Assembly (NCBI GenBank): GCA_963693095.2
Contig: OY843768.1
Coordinates: 1-64,000, forward strand
DNA length: 64,000 nucleotides
Source of the DNA: Cenarchaeum sp.
Lineage (GTDB): Archaea > Thermoproteota > Nitrososphaeria > Nitrososphaerales > Nitrosopumilaceae
Direction: 5' to 3'
Shown: one piece after another, positions 10,501 to 20,162 of the stretch
How positions within the stretch are numbered: position 1 is the first letter of the stretch
Layout of the letters: every line of letters begins with the position of its first letter
Notes under the pieces: generated by a model
Seen by the model: the letters and a program-made list of their open reading frames with translations, nothing else
Told to the model about the DNA's origin: nothing
Databases searched by the model: none
Position numbers and translations under genes: made by a program

Positions 10501-12623
10501 GCAACGCCGACAACGGGTCGGTCTTCCTGACGTACGGGACGCCTGACAGGCTCTCGGCCCACAACGTGATCGTCCACGTGCGCGTCACGGACCCGGACTT
10601 TGACGTCTCGGCCTCCGGCTCGGACACGCTGGGCCAGATGGTCTCGCGCACGACCGGCGAGGGCGACGCGTACGGCCCGCTCAGGATATCCGTTCAGAGG
10701 GGATCCGACAACGTCGTCCTCGGCTACGCAGGCGGGCCGACCGCCGCGGGCGCCACTGGCACCGCGGTCGGTGACAGGGCTGTCCGCCCGCTCGCCGAGG
10801 TCTTCTCGCCCACGGTTGCGGTGCCCACGCGCGACTTCGGCTCCTCCCCTGCCATAACCGTCAACGCGGCCAACGCCATAGAGCACGGCCCGCTCACCGA
10901 GACGGCGCCGTCCTCGGGCACGTTCGAGCTCGACCTCCCGATATCGTGGGACCAGGGGCCCCCGTCGACTGACTGCCCCGGCAACTCGGCGACGTCCACG
11001 TGCATACTCCAGGGCGACATCCTCGTGGTAGAGTACACCGACCCCGCCGACGCCTCGGGCAACCCGCAGACGGTGACGGACTCGGCGACCTTTGACATGC
11101 GCAACGCGGTTCTGCGCTCGGACAAGTCAGTCTACATCATCGGCTCCGACATGATACTCACGCTCATAGAGCCGGACCTCGACCTCGACAACGACACGGC
11201 CGAGACGTACACGCTCGACCTGATAGAGTGGGACGACGACGACTCCGTCGTCACGCTGCGCAACGGCGCCTTTGACCCCGAGCCGACCTCGCTGCGCGAG
11301 ACGGGCGACTCGACGGGCATCTTCCAGGTCGTGGTGGAGATACCCGCCGAGATCACGCAGGGCGCCCGCACCGACGACCTCGAGCGCGGCGAGGAGATAG
11401 AGCTGACCTACCAGGACTGGAGCCCCGCCGGCGCCGACTATGTCGGGCAGACCGACGAGGAGATAGAGTGGTCGATATTCACGTCGGACTTTGGCGCGAC
11501 GATAGAGCTCGACCAGGCCGTCTACACGTGGACCGACAAGGTCTTCATCACCGTCGTGGCGCCGGACCACAACTTTGACAGCAACCTCATCGACGAGATA
11601 GGCGACGACCGTGATGTGGATCCGCTCCAGGTCTCCACGCGCGAGGGCGGCAGTATCCCCGGCAGCTACAGGCTCACCGAGACGGGCACCGACACGGGCA
11701 TATTCAGCGGCGAGGTCATACTCACGGGCTTCACGCACGACGCCGACGGCGACGGCAGCACGGGCACCAACGGCAACGACCGGCTCACCCTCCCGGCGGC
11801 CGGCAGGGGCCCGACTGACGGGACCATAGCGGCCGACGACGACGACGGCATCACCGTCTCGTACGAGTACAACGACGACGAGCACGTCATAGGCTCGGCC
11901 CTCATACGCTGGAACGTCGGCGACACGCAGTGGCTCGAGGCCAGCTACCCGGCGTCCGGCTCGGGCGTCGTCAGGGTCGTCGACCCCGACATGAACTGGA
12001 ACCCCGAGGCGGTAGACAACTTTGAGGTCGACGTCTACTCGGACGCCGACGCCGGCGGCATAAACCTCACGGTCACCGAGACGCAGGAGGCCTCGGGCAT
12101 CTTCGAGGGCACCGTCATCTTCACGCTGACCGACCAGTCATCGGGCCACCGCCTCAGGGTCGCCGAGGGCGACACCGTGACTGCCCGCTATGACGACAAC
12201 ACCCTGCCCGACCCCTACACGCGCAACGACGAGCTAGAGGTGGAGGGCACCACGATAATCGGCACGCTCGTGCCCCCGCTGGAGAGGGCCGTCGTGAGCA
12301 ACGTGAGGCTGACGGACAACTCGGGCAACCCGCTCGACACCGTCGCCATAGGCCAGCAGGTCCAGGTGACCGGCCAGGTCACGAGCGGCCAGGAGACCGA
12401 GCAGGCCTACGCCTACCTCGTGCAGGTCAACGACTCGAGCGACGTCACGCTCTCGCTCACGTGGACCAGCGGCACGCTCAACGCGGGCCAGTCGCTCACG
12501 CCCTCAATGTCCTGGCAGCCCACGGTGGCCGGCGACTACACTGCGACGGTATTCGTCTGGGAGTCCATCGACAACCCCACGGCGCTCTCGCCGCAGGCCG
12601 AGCTGCCCTTCACGGTCGGCTAG
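7545..12623 (+). CDS. S-layer protein, second full copy
   Basis: Identical to 1304..6382. Confidence 0.9.
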   Translation: MSGKAGKATSVFLMAIMVAGGLTFAIPGVQPVMAQSTNPNLAVSAESTAFGNYFSGPQVVEIVIVDPAIDETNEAKGEPDVKLNGKKVRMIQATDGKWYAYVANRAQAVLADGTADANPGQGLDFGTICLDTGNADRVLETALAANAGYFSDTTGVAFPFAHTRAEVAGGAVTSGPALASVDDGCSEADVTAAFTEVPDTVPTSTAGTLNYAGVSMNVVREPRAVNTNSNAEFGQSVVIDGATVTNEDRAGVWPFIQLFDFSQGGNVEVQYRRGGGTQSVTLNYDTVEDYASLSLLDRTTFPGGGAQVHFDITDTWLNVDPTDEDSWTWDVEGSGEGRVVYQAFDENGVRQDNNVDISAELSGLMCDTNCLLVLDRGTNGYDVLEYADNDDSGLRLFGSTADDQLITVTETSSSSGVFTSYDEDDDSVLVTASDDATTTTVVEPPRDTTATIDYNETPQSISIGYAFATIDIQPSGDAWLSGQEIPVVLTDADANRNSLADEDLDVLDATHIIPTLVTGSPVTLADASAVAVAAGVLSTASGTPFSVTFDSAADPLTVGSDATDPSLRATVDSGSSDPMQTMIIDYGTAASHHSEATVTTLFNYDFGNLEFADGTAASDQNVDLYALVGTGATIFANANLGGVTPYEIEAGAALRGTVVLPEAARAQLAGDGTGTSLGLMAQFGDSVGEPNDAVILIADVMSFGFTDDGVESGERIANQVVRLELEESGDNTGVFEGTLEYAMVNQLSIADSSTYSGLALIDDEATLIAIEDLTDEDTLTVTYNDLGRDGVVTPVSDDEAALSHSGTVSLDATSYKIADTVTVTVRDADLNTSSDTTEVYTIPDGEDYVGRADPADVADGTGTYEVLRSFGPLGVLADITFDDSRWAAGTAACDPRGVHGLGETGFTLRETSAASGVFEGDFQIPTEWCAPDASAAESVTGLDIEVNYVDYRDASGEIIEVGDGAGLRANTGSVSLDRPVYPVPFGNADNGSVFLTYGTPDRLSAHNVIVHVRVTDPDFDVSASGSDTLGQMVSRTTGEGDAYGPLRISVQRGSDNVVLGYAGGPTAAGATGTAVGDRAVRPLAEVFSPTVAVPTRDFGSSPAITVNAANAIEHGPLTETAPSSGTFELDLPISWDQGPPSTDCPGNSATSTCILQGDILVVEYTDPADASGNPQTVTDSATFDMRNAVLRSDKSVYIIGSDMILTLIEPDLDLDNDTAETYTLDLIEWDDDDSVVTLRNGAFDPEPTSLRETGDSTGIFQVVVEIPAEITQGARTDDLERGEEIELTYQDWSPAGADYVGQTDEEIEWSIFTSDFGATIELDQAVYTWTDKVFITVVAPDHNFDSNLIDEIGDDRDVDPLQVSTREGGSIPGSYRLTETGTDTGIFSGEVILTGFTHDADGDGSTGTNGNDRLTLPAAGRGPTDGTIAADDDDGITVSYEYNDDEHVIGSALIRWNVGDTQWLEASYPASGSGVVRVVDPDMNWNPEAVDNFEVDVYSDADAGGINLTVTETQEASGIFEGTVIFTLTDQSSGHRLRVAEGDTVTARYDDNTLPDPYTRNDELEVEGTTIIGTLVPPLERAVVSNVRLTDNSGNPLDTVAIGQQVQVTGQVTSGQETEQAYAYLVQVNDSSDVTLSLTWTSGTLNAGQSLTPSMSWQPTVAGDYTATVFVWESIDNPTALSPQAELPFTVG

Positions 12624-12627
12624 GCAG

Positions 12628-13584
12628 ATGCGACCACTGATCGCGTTAATCGCGATCCTCGCAATATCAACAACACTGGCACTAGCACAACTCGAGTTCA
12701 CAGCCAACACTGATGACAAGGTGTACGTCGCCGGCCAGCCCCTCCTGGTATACGGCAACGCAAATCCGGGTGAAGGAGTCATTGTCAGGCTATTCGCACC
12801 AGACGGAACAATAGCCAGATTCGACCAGGCAGACCCAAGCGAGAACGGCTCGTTCAGCCACGTGCTATTAACATGGCCAACACCAACGAGCGACATGCCG
12901 TACGGCACATACACTGTCGAGGCTATAGCCTCAGGTGACAGCACCCTAATCGACGTCACGTTTGCAGCTGACACCATGATAACAGAGTCACCAGCCACAA
13001 GACAGATCAGCACGTCAGTCCTCGCACCAGAGTCTGCCTCCATACACGCAACAATGCGAGTCTTTGTCCAGACGACTAGTGACGGACTCCTAGTCGCCGG
13101 AGACCCGACAACAATACTGCGCGCATCGCACGTTCACCTCCCTGACGGCAGCGCAGTCGCACTCGCCGCACAGTTCAGAACGCTCCACCAGGGACTATAC
13201 TATGTCGACTATGAGCCAGCAAGCCTGGGCACGCACGTCTTTCACACAGTCGTCTTCCACCAGGGGACAGCCTCGCACGGCTCGGCAGTCACCAACGTTC
13301 TTGGCAGCGACATTGGGCGCATCTCTGAGCAGATAGTCGAGCTCGACCGCGTTCTAGCGCAAACGTCTGACGAGCTCGACCGCCTGCGCGGAGAGATCGG
13401 CGGCTTTGGATCCACGCTGGGAGCAGCAAGCGCAAGGATCGACGAGAGCGTCGGCTCTATGCGCTCCTCGGTCACTAGCATCGAGGGCGCCTCGCTGCAG
13501 CTAAACTCGCTCTTTTTTCCCATAGTGGGACTAGTCGCCTTTATCGTGGCCCTGCAGCTAGTCATACTGTCTAGGTGGAGGTAG
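12628..13584 (+). CDS. Secreted protein with beta-rich domains, coiled coil and C-terminal TM helix (candidate S-layer anchor)
   Basis: Signal peptide MRPLIALIAILAISTTLALA, heptad-like segment ISEQIVELDRVLAQTSDELDRL, C-terminal hydrophobic helix. Starts 4 bp after the S-layer stop. Confidence 0.8.
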   Translation: MRPLIALIAILAISTTLALAQLEFTANTDDKVYVAGQPLLVYGNANPGEGVIVRLFAPDGTIARFDQADPSENGSFSHVLLTWPTPTSDMPYGTYTVEAIASGDSTLIDVTFAADTMITESPATRQISTSVLAPESASIHATMRVFVQTTSDGLLVAGDPTTILRASHVHLPDGSAVALAAQFRTLHQGLYYVDYEPASLGTHVFHTVVFHQGTASHGSAVTNVLGSDIGRISEQIVELDRVLAQTSDELDRLRGEIGGFGSTLGAASARIDESVGSMRSSVTSIEGASLQLNSLFFPIVGLVAFIVALQLVILSRWR

Positions 13585-13849
13585 GGAAAGGCGTTTCTGC
13601 CAAGGGCGCATCTCTCAGCAGGGGGCGGCGATATTTGGCAAGATCTGCGGGAGGGCTCACTCTGGGTTCTGGGGGGTACCCCCCGGCGAGTCGCGTACCC
13701 TCGCCGGAGATCCTCCCACAAATAAAGTCCAAAACGGGCCTGTATTGGCCATTTCGGGCACTATATGCCGCCCTTGGGGGTTCCTATGGGGTCTATTCGG
13801 GGTTTACGCAATGTCAGTTTCGGGGAATATGGGAGAAATTATGGCGCCG

Positions 13850-13890
13850 GCTAGGTGTGGTTTTTTACACAAAAAGGCGACACCTTAAAG
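13850..13890 (+). promoter_or_regulatory. Family-A promoter module: GCTAGG(C/T)GTG box plus TATA (representative copy)
   Basis: Box 65 bp before ATG 13915 and CTTAAAG 25 bp before it. The same layout recurs at most family-A genes. Confidence 0.65.
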
Positions 13891-13914
13891 GTGGGACATT
13901 TGGGGATCTGCGTG

Positions 13915-14418
13915 ATGACTGCGCAAGTCGTCCGCCACAACCCCATGCTAGCTGACAACGAAAAGACGGTAGCGTATCTAAAGGGGATGGTAGGCGAGGA
14001 CAAGGACAAGATCAACGAGATCGAGGAATGGGGAGCCAGGCGCCTGGTGCGAATTACCGCCTTGCGCAAGTTCGTCGCCTTTCTCGCAAAAAACGGCATA
14101 CTCGAGGAGAAAGGCAAGCGGATGGAGGGGATCGTCGCCGAGTTTACCATAGAGCAGTGCTTTGCGATAGCCACAAAGTATGGCCTTGACGCTGTGGAGT
14201 ACAAGTTCTATGACAGCCAGTCCGGCGTGCTCACCGGCAACATGCATGTTGACCTCCAGGCCGTCCTGTCGGTGCCAATAGAGCCTCCAACGGATATCTT
14301 CAAGAGCGACAAGGAGGCGACGATGTTCCTGGATGCCATCAGGGGCAAGGATGTCCTTGAGCTTGGCAAGATGGCAAAGTCCATAGTGCTCACGGAAAAA
14401 GAGCGCATATACGCCTAG
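13915..14418 (+). CDS. Family A paralog A1 (YwgA/SocA-like)
   Basis: Shared signature MLADNEKTV..L...EIEEWG...QC.AIA.K.GL...Y.F.DS.SG.L...FL..IRGKD..ELG. Start chosen from the TATA position. Confidence 0.85.
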   Translation: MTAQVVRHNPMLADNEKTVAYLKGMVGEDKDKINEIEEWGARRLVRITALRKFVAFLAKNGILEEKGKRMEGIVAEFTIEQCFAIATKYGLDAVEYKFYDSQSGVLTGNMHVDLQAVLSVPIEPPTDIFKSDKEATMFLDAIRGKDVLELGKMAKSIVLTEKERIYA

Positions 14419-14518
14419 TGCGGACACATAGTTTCTAGAACGCACTAGTTCACATTTGCACCATGATGCCAGCAGCACACCACAAGTTTTTTTAGGCCGT
14501 GGTTGTGGGGGGTGAGCC

Positions 14519-15133
14519 TTGGACATGGCACGTCTTCCACGCGCGTCAGGGGATGGCACGATTAGCGCAACTGCGATCATGATCGCAGTGACTCTCGCGA
14601 CACTCGCCGTCACGGTTCCGGCCAGGCTAGTGCATGACATGGGAACGCTAGGTGATCTCTTTTCCATACTTGCGCTGCCAATAATGCTGGCAGTGTTTTA
14701 TACGGCCCAGCGGCTGCACTTGAAGGCACGAGAGTCTAGGATATCCTTATTGAAAGAGAAGGACAAGAGTAGCAGGAAACACATGGAGGACACCGTTTCC
14801 CCCTGCCTGTCAACCGTGATGGTCATCATAAAGTCCAAAGAGCCGAGCCTCGCCGTTGGCAATACCCTCATGATGCGCCAGATCGTTGATGACATTGGGC
14901 TGGCTAGGGCTCAACACGGACACGTGCTTGACAGGACAGGGCAGTTCCTAGCAGAGCGTGCTAGAACGTCGGCGCTGAAGGTATTTGAGGATGGCAGTGT
15001 ATGCTCACACACCGCACTGCCCGATCTGCACGATGATCTTTTAGAACTCAAAGGCAGTATGTGGGGAGTTGATGACAAGGAGTTGGTGAACCGAAGGGAG
15101 CATGAAGCAGGATTCGAGAGTCCTGCCATCTAG
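14519..15133 (+). CDS. Family B paralog B1 (two-TM membrane protein)
   Basis: Two N-terminal hydrophobic helices; C-terminal motifs DIGL.RAQHG and DD..LV.RR shared with other B copies. Confidence 0.8.
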   Translation: MDMARLPRASGDGTISATAIMIAVTLATLAVTVPARLVHDMGTLGDLFSILALPIMLAVFYTAQRLHLKARESRISLLKEKDKSSRKHMEDTVSPCLSTVMVIIKSKEPSLAVGNTLMMRQIVDDIGLARAQHGHVLDRTGQFLAERARTSALKVFEDGSVCSHTALPDLHDDLLELKGSMWGVDDKELVNRREHEAGFESPAI

Positions 15134-15284
15134 TGTATGCGGGAACACTGGTTCTAGCCGGCATGTCCGGCAAGCGCAGGCCAAAACCCGTCTGCAAGAG
15201 ACGGCAGTGTGGGAAGTGAGTGTCGGCTACGCCCCATGACTGCACTACATCGCTAGGCATGAATCGGGTCATAAAACCAGTAGT

Positions 15285-15615
15285 TGGTCATGTGCCCAAA
15301 ACCGCCCAAAACGGCCCCGGAACCGCCTGAAACGCAAGCAGATCAATCGGGGGGCGGCCCGGACGGCCCGCTTGATTCGAAAAAAGGGGCGCCGGGGGCG
15401 CGACGGGCTCGCCAACCCGAGGATACATGGCGCCATCTATGGGGCGTTCTGCGCACTGTGCTGCGTGCCCGTGTCCGCGCGGCACAACGCGCCGTGCGGC
15501 GCCGTGGAGGGGGCCGACCCTGGTGGAGTTCATGGCCTGGATCGGGGGTGGCGGCTCGCGCGTGCGCCCACGGAGGCAGCCCCAATGGCTGACCGTGAGG
15601 GTCGGCACATGATCA
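15285..15615. mobile_element. Possible MITE or IS remnant inserted in the A2 promoter
   Basis: Imperfect inverted ends (TGGTCATGTGCCCA / TCGGCACATGATCA). Separates the GCTAGGCATGA box at 15252 from the A2 TATA region. Confidence 0.35.
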
Positions 15616-15669
15616 TGTGCTGCGCACAGGTCAATAATTACAAGGTGGGATTTTTTACAGGGGTGTGAC

Positions 15670-16176
15670 ATGGCGGCACAAGTTCTTCGAGCTGACCCAA
15701 TGCTAGCCGACAATGAAAAGACGGTGGCGTTTCTCATAGAAAGGGCAGGAGACGACAGGGTAAAGATCGCCGAGATCGAGGAGTGGGGCAAGAGGCGACA
15801 GGCTCGCATTGAGACGCTCTGCGGCTTCGTTGGGCTTCTCGCAAACAACGGTGTCTTTGGGCCGTGCCGACAAGAGGATGAACAGGGTATAGAGGACTTT
15901 GCCACAACGCAGTGCCTCGAGATTGCCACAAAGAATGGCCTCAAAAAAATAGATTACGCGTTCGCCGACACCCAGTCCGGCCCCCTCTGTGCCGACCTGG
16001 ATCTTGACCTCAGGGCCGTTGAGGCAGTGGATGTAGAGTCCCCCACGGGTCTCTTTGAGAGTGCCGAGCTAGAGGCAAAGTTCCTAGATATAATCAGGGG
16101 CAAGGACATCTATGAGCTCGGCAGAATGGCCAGGCTACTCGTCATCGACGAGCGGTTTCGCATGATACCGCTGTGA
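15670..16176 (+). CDS. Family A paralog A2
   Basis: Family A signature. Confidence 0.88.
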   Translation: MAAQVLRADPMLADNEKTVAFLIERAGDDRVKIAEIEEWGKRRQARIETLCGFVGLLANNGVFGPCRQEDEQGIEDFATTQCLEIATKNGLKKIDYAFADTQSGPLCADLDLDLRAVEAVDVESPTGLFESAELEAKFLDIIRGKDIYELGRMARLLVIDERFRMIPL

Positions 16177-16285
16177 CGCTTGATAGATCGCAGCAAAGCT
16201 AGATGATCGCAACACAGGCCCGCCATTACGGGGCATTTTGGGATCGCGAGTAACTTTTTTTAGGAGAGGCAACGTCGTGGCCTTT

Positions 16286-16583
16286 ATGGTCTCAAGACTT
16301 GGATCGCAAAATCCTGGGAATGGCACAATGGGCATGGCAGTCGCTGTAATCGCAGTTTTGGCAGTGCCAATCGCAGTTGCGATGGCTACAGGATATGTGA
16401 ACAATCCGGTTGCTCTAAGCCATGTCTTTGGCATATTGTCGTTTCCGTTTGCGCTGTTTATCTTTTTTCTTGCCCAGGCGTATTTCCACAAGAACAGTGC
16501 GCACACGAGAGTCCGTCCTGCGAATGTAAGATCGTAAGAACAGGGCACAGGTGAAATCTACATTCAACATGAGCCTGGCGCTC
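16286..16583 (+). pseudogene. Family B paralog B2, frameshifted and 3'-truncated
   Basis: Close to B3. Indel near 16521 gives an early TAA; the gene is broken at a GCGCTC junction. Confidence 0.75.
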
Positions 16584-16790
16584 CTCGGTCACTGGCATCG
16601 AGGGCGCCTCGCCGCACCTATGCTCGATCTTTTTTCCTAGTGGGCCTCGTCGCCTTTATCGTGGCCCTGCAGCTGGTGATACTGTCTAGGTGGAGGTAGG
16701 GGAAGGGGTGTTTTGCCAAGGGCGCATCTCACCAAGGGGCGGCGATATTCAGCAAGATCTGCGGGAGGCTCACTCAGGGTTCTGGGGCGG
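16578..16790 (+). repeat. Degenerate duplicate of the 3' end of 12628..13584 plus downstream DNA
   Basis: Matches about 13461-13675. Confidence 0.85.
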
Positions 16791-16805
16791 CCAGTTTCGG
16801 GTTCT

Positions 16806-16823
16806 GGGGGGGGGGGGGGGGGG
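16806..16823. repeat. Poly-G tract (G18)
   Basis: Counted directly. Confidence 0.9.
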
Positions 16824-16941
16824 AAATTCACAAAATCCGCATTTTTGGGGTATGGGGGCATTACGGCACCCCAGTAGGCGTGAAATGGGTCCAGAGCACG
16901 GGTCAATAATTATAAAGTGGGATTCGCATAGGAGGGGTGAC

Positions 16942-17457
16942 ATGGCGGCACAAGTTCTTCGAGCAAACCCAATGCTAGCCGACAATGAAAAGACGGTGGC
17001 GTATCTGATGGAGATGGCCGGAGATGACAAGGAAAAGATCGCCGAGGTCGAGGAGTGGGGCAAGAGGCGCCAGGGGCACATTGAGACGCTCCGCCGCTTT
17101 GTGGGACTCCTCGAGCAGAACGGCATCTTTGAGCAGCCTAAAGGAAGGCTAAACAGGGTCATGGAGGACTTTGCCACAGCGCAGTGCCTTGCGATTGCCA
17201 CGAAAAATGGCCTCAAAGAAATAGACTACATGTTCACTGACAGCCGGTTCGGCCCACTCTGTGCCGACCTGGACCTTGACCTCAGGGCAGTCGAGGCAGC
17301 CAGCGTAGAGTCCCCAACTGGCCTCTTTGAGAGCGCCGAGCTCGAGGCAAAATTCCTAGAGACAGTCAGGGGCAAGGACATCTATGAGCTGGGCAGAATG
17401 GCCAGGCTGCTCGTCATCGACGAAAGGTATCGCCTGATACCACTAGGCGACGAATAG
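16942..17457 (+). CDS. Family A paralog A3
   Basis: Family A signature; TTATAAA upstream. Confidence 0.88.
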   Translation: MAAQVLRANPMLADNEKTVAYLMEMAGDDKEKIAEVEEWGKRRQGHIETLRRFVGLLEQNGIFEQPKGRLNRVMEDFATAQCLAIATKNGLKEIDYMFTDSRFGPLCADLDLDLRAVEAASVESPTGLFESAELEAKFLETVRGKDIYELGRMARLLVIDERYRLIPLGDE

Positions 17458-17555
17458 ATCGCAGCCAAGCTCAATGATCGCAGAATGGGCCGCCATTGCG
17501 CGGTACTTTGGGCTCACGAGTAACTTTTTTTAGGAGAGGCAACGTCGTGGCCTTC

Positions 17556-18170
17556 ATGGCCTCAAGATATGGATCGCAAGACCAACGGAATGGCACCATG
17601 GACATGCCGACTGTTGTGCTCGCAGCCTCTGCCGCGTCAGTGGCGTTTGCGATAGTTACAGGATACGTGACCGATCCAGTTTCCCTGAGCCATGTCTTTG
17701 GCATGCTGTCGTTTCCGCTTGCCCTGCTTCTCTTTTTTCTTGCCCGGCGCATTTCCACGAAAACTGTGCGCGTCAGGGAGTCCGTCCTGCGAGAGGAGGA
17801 TCGCAAAAACAGGGCACAGGTGATATCCACAGTCAACGTGTGCCTGGCGCTCGTGCAGTGAACCTTGATCCAAAACAAGAAGCATTATGCCTCCGGCATG
17901 CCCGTCATGCGCCACATAGCCGAGACCATTGGCCTTGTGGGGGCACAGCATGATCACCTGCTAAGCAAGACAGGCGCACACCTCGCAGATAGCATCACGA
18001 ATACGGCATTGGGGACTATCAGAAAGGACAGTTTATGCACTATGCCGACGCTCTCCAGCATGCTCGACGGCCTTTACTCACTAGGGGGTGAGATACTGGC
18101 ACTCGACGATCCCTCACTCGTGGCGCGCAGAAGGTTCATGGCACGAACCTGGGGCCCGGAACTCGAATAG
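17556..18170 (+). pseudogene. Family B paralog B3 with one in-frame TGA (17859-17861)
   Basis: ORFs 17496..17861 and 17865..18170 are in the same frame and together give a full B protein. Confidence 0.8.
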
Positions 18171-18439
18171 GCCAACTGTTATTTTGGCCGGGTGGGGGGC
18201 ATCTGGCCAATTCGCCTCTCATGGCATGACACTGGCCTAGGGGCAGGCGGGCAGACGACGACATGGCAGGACAGTCTGCCCGTGGGCGACTGCCCCCTCT
18301 AGAATCACGCGTGTCGCTAGGGGTAGCCTGCCAATCGGCCTGCTTGCGCTTCAGGCAGGCCAGTGCGGAGGCGTTTTTGGCCGCTTTGGGCAGGCATGGC
18401 CAACTGTCGGTGATCGAACTGACACCGCATATGCGGCGA

Positions 18440-18595
18440 GCGCAAGGATCGACGAGAGCGTCGGCTCTATGCGCTCCTCGGTCACTAGCATCGAGGGCGC
18501 CTCGCTGCAGCTAAACTCGCTCTTTTTTCCTAGTGGGACTAGTCGCCTTTATCGTGGCGCTGCAGCTAGTCATACTGTCTAGGTGGAGGTAGGGG
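18440..18595 (+). repeat. Near-perfect duplicate of the 3' end of 12628..13584
   Basis: Matches about 13430-13586. Confidence 0.9.
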
Positions 18596-18813
18596 AGGGG
18601 GCTATCCTTTGGCAAAAAGGGCGCATGGCCACACACCCCCCATTCGAGTCTGACATGCGCACAGGACGGCTTCTGGGGGACAGATCCTCGCCCTGTAGAG
18701 CCGCCCGGGACGCCAAAACCCGCACGTTTGGGGGCATTATGCACATGCCTTAGGCGCTATATTAGCCCCCTAAGTGCACACACTTAAAGAAGGGTTTGGT
18801 GTAGGGTTGCGTG

Positions 18814-19320
18814 ATGGACAGGTACCCCCCCAGGCCCATCCCCATGCTCGCTGACAATGACAAGACCGTAGAGTTCCTCATAAAGATGGCCGGAAAAGAC
18901 CCAGAAAAGCTCAAAGAGATCAAGGATTGGGGCGAAAAACGCCAGGTTCGAATCGAAAGGCTCTGCGGCTTTGCCGGATTCCTGCAGAAACACGACATCC
19001 TCGATATTGACAGCAAGGAGATGAGCAGGATCGCATTCGAGTGTGCCTTTCATCACTGTGTCGCCATCGCTAGCAAGCACGGCTTTGACATGGAATACAC
19101 GTTCAACGACAGCGAGTCCGGCCCACTGGCCGCGGCCCTAACCACTGACATTCATGCGGTAAGGCCCAACAGGTCAATAGAGGGGCTCTTTGCGAATGTG
19201 GGACAAGAGGCGGGCTTTTTGGAGGCCGTTGCAGGCAAGAATCCTGACGAGCTTGCCGAGCTGGCCAGGGAGCTAGTTATAGAAGAGGCGCATCGCATGA
19301 TCATCCTGCCACAGAGATAG
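18814..19320 (+). CDS. Family A paralog A4
   Basis: Family A signature, IILPQR-ending subtype. Confidence 0.88.
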   Translation: MDRYPPRPIPMLADNDKTVEFLIKMAGKDPEKLKEIKDWGEKRQVRIERLCGFAGFLQKHDILDIDSKEMSRIAFECAFHHCVAIASKHGFDMEYTFNDSESGPLAAALTTDIHAVRPNRSIEGLFANVGQEAGFLEAVAGKNPDELAELARELVIEEAHRMIILPQR

Positions 19321-19425
19321 ATCGCTGATCACGTTCTGGATCGCAACACCGGCAGCATTGCAAAGTATAACGCCGTGTTATCAAACCGTCGCAAGTTTTT
19401 TTAGGCAGGGTCATGTGGCTCTGCC

Positions 19426-20028
19426 GTGGCCTTGAAACGTCGACCACCGCTTTGGGACAGGCCGTCAGACCAGGCTGTGATCATAATCACGGCCATCATC
19501 ACTCTTCTCGTAGCTGCGGTACTGCGTGGATATGTGTATGACACGTTCACACTTAGCCACGCTTTTGGCATCTTCTCAATGCCCCTCGCCGTGTTTATCT
19601 TTCTAATTGCGCAATACCTCCACTCGCGCATGCGAAACCTCAGGGCATATATGCTTCGAGACGCAGACGAGAGGAATATGGCGCATATGGCATCCATTGT
19701 CAACCTGTGCAGGGCGCAATTGCTAGGCGCGCTGCGCTCTAGTGGCGGCTCTCCTGGACCCTTCAACACTGTCACAATGCGCAGTCTTGCCGCAGACATT
19801 GGGATGGTCAGAGCACAGTACGGCTATCTTCTTAGCAAAGATGGCCAACAGTTTGCTGACCTGGCGCGAGACTCTGCACTGGCCACACTCCAGACGGGCA
19901 GCTCGTGCCACCCTGCGGCATTCTCTGACGTGATCGACTTTTTGCACCGCCTTAGACGCGAGATGCTGGATCTAGACGACCCCAAACTCGTGGCACGCCG
20001 AAGGGACGCGTCTGGAACGGCAGACTAG
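19426..20028 (+). CDS. Family B paralog B4
   Basis: Two TM helices; DIGMVRAQYG and LDDPKLVARR. Confidence 0.82.
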   Translation: MALKRRPPLWDRPSDQAVIIITAIITLLVAAVLRGYVYDTFTLSHAFGIFSMPLAVFIFLIAQYLHSRMRNLRAYMLRDADERNMAHMASIVNLCRAQLLGALRSSGGSPGPFNTVTMRSLAADIGMVRAQYGYLLSKDGQQFADLARDSALATLQTGSSCHPAAFSDVIDFLHRLRREMLDLDDPKLVARRRDASGTAD

Positions 20029-20162
20029 CATGATCTGCAGGTTCCGCGCCCTGACGCGCTCCTCGATGGTCATGATCCTGCCGCTGAGCTCCGCCACCAC
20101 GCCGCTGCCTAAGCCATGTGCGGCACTGCGACATCGCTAGGCGAGAGTAGGCACTCCAAGTG

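Larger units (their letters stand above)
1..12625 (+). repeat. Direct tandem amplification, period 6241 bp (unit = HAD hydrolase + S-layer gene); starts upstream of the window
   Basis: ORF track and sequence repeat at +6241 (169/6410, 1304/7545). Identity ends after TAGGC at 6384/12625. Confidence 0.97.

Noticed and set aside
1340-12500. Many antisense and alternative-frame ORFs over the S-layer and HAD genes
   Set aside because: Shadow ORFs expected from GC-rich codon bias; no recognisable motifs.
16577-16583. Recombination junction coinciding with an RGCGCY site (possible R-M-induced break)
   Set aside because: Such sites are very common at this GC content and the enzyme specificity is not established.
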